NCBI RefSeq assembly: GCF_001194135.2
Contig: NC_068981.1
Coordinates: 50,249,049 to 50,281,657 of the forward strand
Source of the DNA: Octopus bimaculoides
Lineage: Eukaryota
Direction: 5' to 3'
Length of the DNA stretch: 32,609 nt
The notes under the pieces are model-generated. The model searched no databases. It had not been told where the DNA came from and saw only the letters and a list, made by a program, of their open reading frames with translations. Below, one piece after another: positions 12,336 through 21,179 of this stretch. Both the position numbers and the translations under genes were made by a program. Numbering within the stretch: the stretch's first letter is position 1; every line of letters begins with the position of its first letter.

Positions 12336-12614
12336 GTTAACTTGGCTCGTGAAGGGTGCATGATATCGCCTGTAACACTTTCCAAAGTATAATATGTACA
12401 TGCACGACCTTTAGACCGTTATGGGGGTGGGGGTATGTTTTCGTAACTAACAGAAAAAAATGTGAAGCACGATCATGTGGAATCATATGATTGTTCGTGA
12501 ATTTCCGTGAAAAAATGTTAATTCTTTAATCGCTTCGGAAGGCGACATTTTCTTTGATGTGAGAGCAGAAAGTGAGAGGGGAATGTAAAACATGTATGTT
12601 CGTGTATATGAAAT

Positions 12615-12641
12615 GGAAGCGTGTGTGGGCGTGTGGGAGAT

Positions 12642-12676
<35 letters not shown>

Positions 12677-12747
12677 GTGAATGACTGAAGGTGGGTGTTG
12701 TCTTGTATATGTAAGTGGGATGTATGTGTAAGTGGCATTCTCTTTCT

Positions 12748-12799
<52 letters not shown>

Positions 12800-12942
12800 T
12801 CTCTCTTGCACACACAATTTTCAGATATACGTACTTGCATATTTCTTTTTGTATGTGCGTCTGTGTGTGTGTGTGAAAGAGAGAGAGAGAGTGAGTGAGT
12901 GAAGGTGTGCGTTGTCATGCATATGTGAGTGGTGCTCCCCCC

Positions 12943-12973
<31 letters not shown>

Positions 12974-13330
12974 TATCTTTCATATAAACGTGCATACATC
13001 AATACATATGCATAAATCTTTTTTCGTATATGTGTATGTGAAGGAGAGAGAGAGTGAGTGAAGACATATGTTGTCATCCACGTATTGATTTGAATGCATG
13101 TGTAAGTGGCACTCACTCTCTCCCTCGCACACGCGCACACATTATCTTTCATATGCAGGTACATACATAAATACATATGCATACAGCGTTTGTGTATGTG
13201 TGCGTGACAGAGAGAGAGAGAGACAGGGGGAGAGACAGGGAGAGACAGGGAGAGAGAGAGTGTGTTCACTTACATATTACACACCTTCATTCACTCACAC
13301 TCTCTCTCTCACACACACGTTCATCTTTCA
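12615..13330. repeat. Composite minisatellite (about 160-215-bp units) built from ordered (GA)n,(CT)n,(CA)n,(TG)n tracts
   Basis: Recurring anchors GAAG...GTTGTC at 12687, 12901 and 13060; GT(A/G)AGTGG at about 12728, 12925 and 13101; ATCTTTCA at about 12975, 13143 and 13323. Confidence 0.7.
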
Positions 13331-13609
13331 CTTTCTCCTCTTATTCAGTTTCTGCTATCGAAAGAATACCATGGAGGGCGAGAAATAGGTGGGTTAAGAT
13401 GGATAGTCGTGAGAAGTAGAGAGATGGTTGGAAGGGTAGGGGAGAGGTTTCTCAAACCATTTCAATTTACCCGTTACCCGGTTGTATAATTGAGAAAGGT
13501 ATAGGGAAGGGTATAGAAGGGGGCCGCAACCACCCGTCTGGGAGCGAAGGTATCGCCCCCTCCTTTGCCTGGTAGTATGTAATGTTAGTTATTAGTATAC
13601 AATATTTTT

Positions 13610-13920
13610 TAATTTCTATCCAAGTATAATTACTCACATTTGATTTAAAATAGAAATATGCAGTGTTAATAAGTCGAGTTGCTGGAAGAATAATAAAAAT
13701 AGTTAAAGTACGTTATCAGCATATAATAGTTTTAATCCATATCCAAGAATAAATACTCACATCAGATTTAAATGTTAAATACCAAGTGTTAATAAGGCAA
13801 GTTGTTTCAAAAATACCTAAAATATGTCTTGGAAGTTTATCAAGATATAACATTTTGTAATTCCTATCCTAGTAGAAATAGTCCTATCGGACTTAAATAT
13901 GAAATATCGAGTGTACACTA
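13610..13920. repeat. Degenerate tandem repeat, period about 123-125 bp, about 2.5 copies
   Basis: ATCCAAGTATAATTACTCACAT at 13618, ATCCAAGAATAAATACTCACAT at 13741 and ATCCTAGTAGAAATAGTCCTAT at 13866, each followed by GA(T/C)TTAAA...AGTGT. Confidence 0.8.
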
Positions 13921-14522
13921 GCTAATTATACTAGGTCCATGCCACGAACAATTATTTGAAACAGCTCATGTCGATATCTCTAACTAATGTCACGGGAATA
14001 TTGAACTTTAAAATTTATTAAGTATATCGTATAAATTTAAAGATATCCTACAGTGTATATTGCCTAAAGGGCCGAATGAATAAATAACTTATGTCAATGT
14101 AATAAGCGTTTACATCGGGCATGCGTCCGTATGAAGTGCTTTCATTATTTAGAAACCTTACTGCTTGTTTTCCTTCTTAAAATTACATATGTTGTGTGTA
14201 ACATCGAATTTTAAGTCTTACAGTATAGTAATTCCAGTTTTTCGCGGAGAACCCTTGCAACGGGAGGAGTGGCAGGGGCTTAGCGCCGGCCTTGCTGTAG
14301 ACACGTTTATGTTTTAGGGTTAGAGTCGGGGTTAGTTTTTAGCGAGTATGTTGTTATTGTAGATATTCCCCAAATTTTTATCCCGTCACAATTATGTTTA
14401 TCTGGAACCAAACATTGTGTGTAAGTGTTGGAGTCAATGCGCGCGCGAAAGGACCGTATACAGAAGTTTTGATTAGAAAAGTACTTTTACAAACTTTGCT
14501 GTCAATTCATTGGATTAATCCC

Positions 14523-14608
14523 AACGTTTTTGATCACAACATTGTCTCTTCTAATTAAATATTGAAAAAGAGAGAAAATGCCACCCTCTCTTCTGCACGA
14601 GAAATTAA
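14523..14608 (+). repeat. About 86-bp direct repeat, copy 2, with hairpin
   Basis: Homologous to 12249-12335, offset 2274 bp. Confidence 0.85.
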
Positions 14609-14869
14609 TTTTGGCGGTAAGGACTAAATCTCTTGTTTCATTATCACAAATAAAAAGTGTTTATCTTTACTTTTAAAATTAAAGAGGTAAGGTCGTAGAC
14701 GTATGACGGAGAATAATTCAGTGTCGTGTTTGCTTTTCAAATTCAATTTAAGGCGTTATATTTGTAGTGATTTAGACGAAATCTTACATACTTAATTACT
14801 GATGTGTATTCTTTAATAATTCTTTTTTTTAACTTTCTTTCGAAATATTTTAAATAGTAGAAATCCTTA

Positions 14870-15295
14870 AATTCGAGCTTGAAAAAGAAAAAAAAATGTG
14901 TTTACTTTTGTGCATGAATTCAAACTTGGATACATTGCTTCCCAAACAGCCGCCAATATCAACAAAGCATGGGGTGAAGGGTCCACTAGTGGTCAGACGG
15001 TACGATGGCGGTTTGAGAGATTCCGTAGTAGGGATGGGAGCCACGTTGATCAAGAAGATAGAATACGTTCATCCACTTTTGCCACTTTTGATGATCAGCA
15101 TTTGAAAACAATACAGCTTTCAAAACCTAACATTAACTATGCTCATTACATAGGAAATTTACTTTTAGCAACTGCAAGAAATGTATATTCACTTGCACAA
15201 AATGCGACCCGCACTGTTAATCGATGTGGTTCAATTTTTATTTCATGACATTGCTCAACCGCACGTTTCCGGGATGAAACTGTAAAAGCTTATTC
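14870..15295 (+). mobile_element. Internally deleted mariner transposase remnant (Hsmar1/SETMAR-like)
   Basis: ORF 14898-15248 N-terminus HEFKLGYIASQTAANINKAWGEGSTSGQTVRWRFERFRS...DDQHLKTI matches the recalled mariner HTH region (YEFKLGH.A.ET.RNIN.AFG.G...ERTV.WWF.KF). It jumps directly to IT*EIYF*QLQEMYIHLHKMRPAL...LFHDIAQPHV (HDNARPH motif at 15244-15264). The first catalytic Asp region and the YSPDLAP region are missing, and no TIRs were found. Confidence 0.85.
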
Positions 15296-15299
15296 TTCT

Positions 15300-15470
15300 G
15301 TTCTTTCACCTTTGGGAGCGGTCTGGTTCATCTTTAGTATGCTCGTTTGTAAGAGCAGTCGAGTTTATTTCAGACATTCTCATTTAAAAATCATCTCTGG
15401 CTAATCGTTGAGGGGATGTTGGTGTTGCTTTGGCGGAGGTTTGCGCTCTCTGAGTGCTCTTGCTTGAATT
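15300..15470 (+). mobile_element. Probable 3' end of a Helentron/DINE-1-like non-autonomous element
   Basis: TTGGCGGAGG (15430-15439, subterminal-IR-like) followed by hairpin GCGCTC-TCT-GAGTGC (15443-15457), a layout I recall from widespread Helentron-associated repeats. The partner CCTCCGCCAA was not found in the window and the 5' limit is uncertain. Confidence 0.5.
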
Positions 15471-16645
15471 TAAAATAGGCAATTCAATTGTTTTTTTTAT
15501 TTAAATCTCCTTACTCGCAGAATTTAAAACTTATGTATTTATTTATTTCATTTTCTTTATCTGTTTGATACCATTTATGTATGAACGGAAATAACACTTC
15601 ACGAAATTCTATTTAAAGAAACATGTCTGTTTGTTTGTTCTTTATATTTTTTCTGTATTAATTACCTTGCCTCATCCGCTAAGCATTAATTTATTACAGC
15701 TATATTTGATAGTGTCTGTCAAGTTAGCTACGTATATATTTGTTTCTATCTCTTTGCGACTATTTGAAAAGAAATTATCGTCTATATTTATGAGTTGAAG
15801 ATATGTACACATACATAAAACATCACCCAAACAACTTTCATGTTTAGTTCTTAGGGAAGTTTAACTATTTCTATACATGCTGCAATGGAAATTGATAGTA
15901 ATTGAATTTATGCTAAACTTAAGTATAGTTTATGTAACACTAACAAGCTTTGACTGCATAAAGTATTGATGAAGAACAGACAATCCACCAAACGCGAAAA
16001 AAAATAGGAAATTAATTTATATTTTACAACTAACTTAAATTATCGACTGCATCTTTACGTCAAATATATGTGGGTTATCTAAGCTTATATGTATGCACAC
16101 ACCCACACACCCACGTACATGTTTTTACACTTATATCCAACCTGAGTATTCGGTTAAGGGGTTAATGCTTGATTTATGTATTTACTTTACATGTTATATC
16201 AAAAACCTCATTAGCAGTTCATAATATATCTTTGAGTTAATTTTTAACTGTACAGTTTTGAAAACATTGTATCGAAAGGAATTATAAGATTATATTTCCT
16301 GAAACTTGCGTGAGTTTACTTCCAGGGACTTTATATTACGTAGCATTCAATTCACTTGTCATCAACAATCAAACTCATTGTTTATTTGAGTATACCTCTG
16401 TTTCTTAGTATCATGTACATATCGATTACTATTTTTAATATCCGTATTTTCATTATCAAAATTTATCAAACATGTGTATCATTTAATTATCATGCTTTGT
16501 GCTTGTTAATTTTCACTTCCAATACAATGTTTCTTTTGAGTAGATTTTCACTGAGACAATATCCTTATTTCATTGGTAACAGTTTTCTGTTAAGTATATC
16601 GTTCGTTTCTAGTCAGATTAGGGATCGTGAAATTCGAATAACTAG

Positions 16646-16646
<1 letters not shown>

Positions 16647-16705
<59 letters not shown>

Positions 16706-16742
16706 GTATGTGTCTCTGCGGGTGTGCGTGCGCGTGTGTGTG
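16647..16742. repeat. (TG)n microsatellite
   Basis: Pure (TG)n from about 16647 to 16703 with a degenerate tail. Confidence 0.97.
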
Positions 16743-16978
16743 AGTGCGAGTGAGATGAGATATTACGAGTATGTGTACTTTGAAATGTAATATCCGTTAA
16801 ACAATTTTAATAATGGTGTAATTATACTCCCGCATTAAAAAAATAAATTGTATGGATATTTATCTTCAAAAAATGTAGGTTCCAAAAGACTGGTTTTCCT
16901 CTTGTATAACGTTCAAAGCAAAAAGAAAGTGTTGTCGTTTGAAAAAGGAAGGATAAATGGCTAAGAACTATATAATAA

Positions 16979-17674
16979 CTAGCAGAAATACCCGGCTTTG
17001 CCCGGGTTAAAGAGAATAATGAAATCTAAAAACGCCGTCTAGACTATGCAACCCTCAACTGTTAGTAGCTACGATACCATATTTCTACATTAATAACTCT
17101 CCAATCCATGCCAGCATGGAACATAGACATTAAGTGGAATGCCAGTATCTTATCCAGGAGGGCCTTGAAATCAATGTTACCAACTGGGGACTATGTGTGT
17201 CGTAGTGATAATAAAAAGACCCAAAGGAGGTCTGCAACGAAATAATTTTACTCAACACTTTGCAAGTGAATCATNNNNNNNNNNNNNNNNNNNNNNNNNN
17301 NNNNNNNNNNNNNNNNNNNNNNNNNNNNNNNNNNNNNNNNNNNNNNNNNNNNNNNNNNNNNNNNNNNNNNNNNNNNNNNNNNNNNNNNNNNNNNNNNNNN
17401 NNNNNNNNNNNNNNNCATTACAGTATCGAAATGTGATTGTTTCAGTTAGTAGAATAGTTTCATTTTTAAAGTGAAAGTATTTGACATGAGTGATCTTGTT
17501 TCACTTTTGACACGTAATACTTAAATAGTGGAGGAGATATTATGTTGCCGTGGGCTCGAACTCCGCAAGAAGTTAATAATTTTTTTTGACTAAAACACAA
17601 CTGGAACCCTAAATAAGGCATCTGTAAAATTTGAATGAAATTGGTTGCGTAGTTCTCGAGTTTTAGTGATTCAC

Positions 17675-17705
<31 letters not shown>

Positions 17706-17731
17706 CACATTCTCATTTTTATATATATAGA
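16979..17731 (-). mobile_element. Full-length non-autonomous Helitron (753 bp including a 141-nt N gap) with (GACA)n near its 5' end
   Basis: Minus strand begins a|TC at 17731 and ends CTAG|t at 16979. A GC hairpin ACCCGG-CTTTGC-CCGGGT (16990-17007) lies 7 nt inside the CTAG. It is inserted between A and T with no target-site duplication. All of these are the established Helitron terminal hallmarks, and a second copy lies at 1-152. Confidence 0.88.
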
Positions 17732-18311
17732 TTACAAACGCATGCACAACTAAGAATGCCGTGTATAAACATTTGCTTTTATATTTCAATGTGGGATAAC
17801 TTGTTCACTATCTAAAGAGCATAACTAACTTATTATTTTAGATGATTATTTTACGTTAGCTAAATGCACGTTCATGTACAGTTTTTACTAAGGGATGAAA
17901 TTGCAATTACATACAAGATATTCCCAACAGACGAGAAAGGTTAACTGCTACCAATTTTATATGTAGTATAAATACTTGAATCCTTCTGTGAACAGAAGAT
18001 AGATATACTCTCAATGAAGTATGTTGAATGACTTGACGAAGTGGAAATTAGTGAGACTGATTCTATTTTTCTACATGTGCGAAGATAAACTCTTTCACGT
18101 GAACCACTAAAGTTGTTTTTCATGCCTAGGCCAAAATTGTAGGTTTATGAAAATGATACGTTAGATTACATTTCAAAACAACTCTGCACTACGTCATTAA
18201 TAAATCAATGAACCGCACATCTGATCCTGTACTGTTAAGTAAACAAGATAGAGCAGTTTGACTCTGTTTTAATTTATATAGCGAATAAATTCCTGAAAGC
18301 TGCAATTCACT

Positions 18312-18388
18312 TTGTGTGTGTGTGGGTGTGTGTGTGTGTGTGTGTGGGTGTGCGTGTGCGTGCGTGCGTGCGTGCGTGCGTGCGTGTG
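18312..18388. repeat. (TG)n/(CGTG)n microsatellite
   Basis: Directly visible. Confidence 0.95.
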
Positions 18389-18564
18389 TATTCAGGCGAT
18401 GGGTATCTTCAGAGAGATGAAAGTCTAAACAGACAAGGAAATAATGAGATCGATCCCAAATTTTAAGATCGGGGAGATATAAAGATTTTGTGTTTAAAAC
18501 ATGTTTTCTATTTACTTCTTAAAGGAAAACAAACAACCAAAATTGATGAACGCGTATGTTTAAC

Positions 18565-19287
18565 NNNNNNNNNNNNNNNNNNNNNNNNNNNNNNNNNNNN
18601 NNNNNNNNNNNNNNNNNNNNNNNNNNNNNNNNNNNNNNNNNNNNNNNNNNNNNNNNNNNNNNNNNNNNNNNNNNNNNNNNNNNNNNNNNNNNNNNNNNNN
18701 NNNNNNNNNNNNNNNNNNNNNNNNNNNNNNNNNNNNNNNNNNNNNNNNNNNNNNNNNNNNNNNNNNNNNNNNNNNNNNNNNNNNNNNNNNNNNNNNNNNN
18801 NNNNNNNNNNNNNNNNNNNNNNNNNNNNNNNNNNNNNNNNNNNNNNNNNNNNNNNNNNNNNNNNNNNNNNNNNNNNNNNNNNNNNNNNNNNNNNNNNNNN
18901 NNNNNNNNNNNNNNNNNNNNNNNNNNNNNNNNNNNNNNNNNNNNNNNNNNNNNNNNNNNNNNNNNNNNNNNNNNNNNNNNNNNNNNNNNNNNNNNNNNNN
19001 NNNNNNNNNNNNNNNNNNNNNNNNNNNNNNNNNNNNNNNNNNNNNNNNNNNNNNNNNNNNNNNNNNNNNNNNNNNNNNNNNNNNNNNNNNNNNNNNNNNN
19101 NNNNNNNNNNNNNNNNNNNNNNNNNNNNNNNNNNNNNNNNNNNNNNNNNNNNNNNNNNNNNNNNNNNNNNNNNNNNNNNNNNNNNNNNNNNNNNNNNNNN
19201 NNNNNNNNNNNNNNNNNNNNNNNNNNNNNNNNNNNNNNNNNNNNNNNNNNNNNNNNNNNNNNNNNNNNNNNNNNNNNNNNNNNNNNN
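18565..19287. other. Assembly gap (723 N)
   Basis: N run; the right flank is (TA)n at the tail of a SINE. Confidence 0.99.
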
Positions 19288-19300
19288 TATATATATATAT

Positions 19301-19600
19301 ATGATGGACTCACCCGTTCTTAGACGATGTATGAGTGTTCCACACTTTTTTACCGAACAATCACATAAATGATTAGTTTATAGTGATCAAATGTTTGTAT
19401 TGACATAAGCTCGCTCCCTCCATCACACCGACATTACGTGTACAGCTGCAACAATTGCCACTTATCAGATGTCAAAATAATCGCAGAGCAACGTGAGATT
19501 ATGTGCTTTGCACAAGAACACAATGCAATATACGGTCTGGGAATCGAAGCCACGATCTCACAATCGTGAGTGCAACACCTTAACCACTAAGTCATACATA
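19301..19600 (-). mobile_element. tRNA-derived SINE, apparently near full length, ending in (TA)n
   Basis: Minus strand: A-box-like TGACTTAGTGG, B-box-like GGCTTCGATTCC, then TTGTGTTCTTGTGCAAAGCAC (resembles the central domain shared by many invertebrate SINEs). The body ends ...GTCTAGAACGGGTGAGTCCATCAT followed by (AT)n. Confidence 0.8.
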
Positions 19601-19601
19601 T

Positions 19602-20172
19602 CGTCGGCATTTTAACGTGTGTCCGATAATTTATGTGGCTTCTTGACTGATGGCAAATGAGGCCGATTTTTGCATGGAAGCGTCTATTGCCTAGTCCACG
19701 AGAAGTCAGTGGTGGAGGCTCTAGTGGTTGTAGCCTTCATTTTCTTTCTTGTCGTTTCTCTTGTTTCCTGTGTCGTTCAGCTTCAAAATGAACTGTCACA
19801 GTGGAGATGGGATAGTGCCAGCCAAGGTTCTGTAACCTTCAATCTCTCAGTCGTGGAGATCGATTCAAGACAATTTTAAGCTTTGTTCCAGCTAGTCATT
19901 GTATCGACAGAGCGGATGACCACGGAGGTTTCTTTTGGTGGAAAGTCTATCAATAAAAACTTGACGCGGTAGCCTGGTCTCCGTCATTCCTGCTACGTGG
20001 CCTGCCCACCTCAGAATGGTGGCTTCGATGCTGCTGTTTTTTGTTCTTTCGAAAACAGAGACGTCAGTCACATAGACATTTAATTTGATAGTCATATTTG
20101 AGCGGAGCACTTTGGTGAAATCGCTCTAGTTTTTTGACGTCACTTCAGTAATGAAGGAAGTTTTGGGTATAC
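19602..20172 (-). mobile_element. 3' fragment of an RTE-clade LINE (ORF C-terminus and tail)
   Basis: Minus-strand translation: SDVKKLERFHQ, then ORF 19892-20110 ...SIEATILRWAGHVAGMTETRLPRQVF...GHPLCRYND (RTE hallmark LRWAGHV.RM...R.P), then RHRKQEKRQERK and RRFHAKIGLICHQ (RTE C-terminal IGL.SH motif). It ends in a ...ATGCCGACGA tail. Confidence 0.85.
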
Positions 20173-20293
20173 CTCTGTAGAGAATTTTAGGTGTTTTCGC
20201 TCTATAAACTCTCACAACGCCCGGTCTGGGAATCGAAACTGCGATCCTACGACCGCGAGTCAGCTGTCGTAACCACTGGGCCATTGCGTCTCC
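20173..20293 (-). mobile_element. tRNA-derived SINE 5' head (about 120 nt)
   Basis: Minus strand GGAGACGCAATGGCCCAGTGGTTACGACAGCTGACTCGCGGTCGTAGGATCGCAGTTTCGATTCCCAGACCGGGCGTTGTGAG: A box TGGCCCAGTGG and B box GTTTCGATTCC in a tRNA-like layout. It resembles octopus SINE heads as I recall them. Confidence 0.85.
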
Positions 20294-20378
20294 ACTTAAA
20301 GTGTATATTAACAATAATTTTATTGATATAAAATACGGAGAATCCAAACCAAAAGACATCTAACTCCATTCAGTTCAC

Positions 20379-20442
20379 CTCGAAAGAAGCTAATGGACAT
20401 ATCCTGAACGAAACTGCCCGGTTGTATGCGCAACTTCCCATA
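20379..20442 (-). CDS. Candidate internal exon (64 nt, phase 2 to 0) of an unidentified host gene
   Basis: Acceptor TTGTTCCTAATGTACACAG|, donor GAG|GTGAAC. Reads (G)MGSCAYNRAVSFRICPLASFE, phase-compatible with the exon candidate at 21100-21179. Local GC is above background. Confidence 0.3.
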
Positions 20443-21099
20443 CTGTGTACATTAGGAACAAGTGCAGGTCATAATAGCCATAAAGATATACTGTATGAAA
20501 TTGTAAAATAAAAAGAGATAAATTTTGAGGATGAACAAATCTCAATATTTACTATCGTTATCATTATTTCTTGTCTATATATAAAGGTGTGTGTGTGTTT
20601 GCGTGTGTGTGTGCGTATTAAAAGTAAATATGTGTAGGGTGTGATAATAATAGGGAACGAAAATTGATTATTGACTTGCACTACGGACATGGCATTACGA
20701 AAGGATTTCCTGTATGAGTTTCTAATATCATTACTTTGAACAGCAGAATAGGTTAATAGCTAGAAGAATTATCGAAGGATTTGCTGATGTTGAGACAGGG
20801 TGCAGAACTAAACTTTACATGAAATAAGGTGTGAGGTGATAAAACGGAGGTACAATGGAAAATTCTAAGATTATGGTATATATAGGTCGGGTAATAAAGT
20901 TAAGAATAAGGGAGTGATGTCAATGCTAAATGTCTTACGGAAGATACCCAGTTGTCTGGGTTGGGAAAATTGGATGAGAAAAAGGCCGTAATTATACACT
21001 TGGTAATATCAATGGGTGAGGAGTCAAGTTAGATATATATCTACCACATGCTTCAATAACATCAGGTGTTTGACACCCATTATACTTAGAGAAACTCAC

Positions 21100-21179
21100 C
21101 CGTAGTAAGATGGGTCTTCTCGTGCACTAACTATCGCCAATCGTTTCGGTCGTCTACCGTCTCCGAAAACCTGAAGCTT
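21100..21179 (-). CDS. Candidate internal exon (71 or 80 nt, phase 0 to 2) of an unidentified host gene
   Basis: Strong donor CGG|GTGAGT; acceptors CTCATTTCAG| (21180) or GCTTCAG| (21171). The single open frame reads (KLQ)VFGDGRRPKRLAIVSAREDPSYYG. The polypyrimidine tract is weak. Confidence 0.35.

Noticed and set aside
14314-14335. Telomere-like TTAGGG TTAGAG TCGGGG TTAG
   Set aside because: Only one perfect unit; too short to call an interstitial telomeric repeat.
18488-19372. Long ORFs of 255-294 aa (also 25780-26976, 2323-2815, 8073-8482)
   Set aside because: They consist of X from N gaps plus microsatellite translations.
21130-21170. Hammerhead-like GACGGT-AGACG-ACCGAAAC on minus strand
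   Set aside because: The CUGANGA core is absent (TCGGAGA) and there is no stem I; the segment is better explained as an exon candidate.
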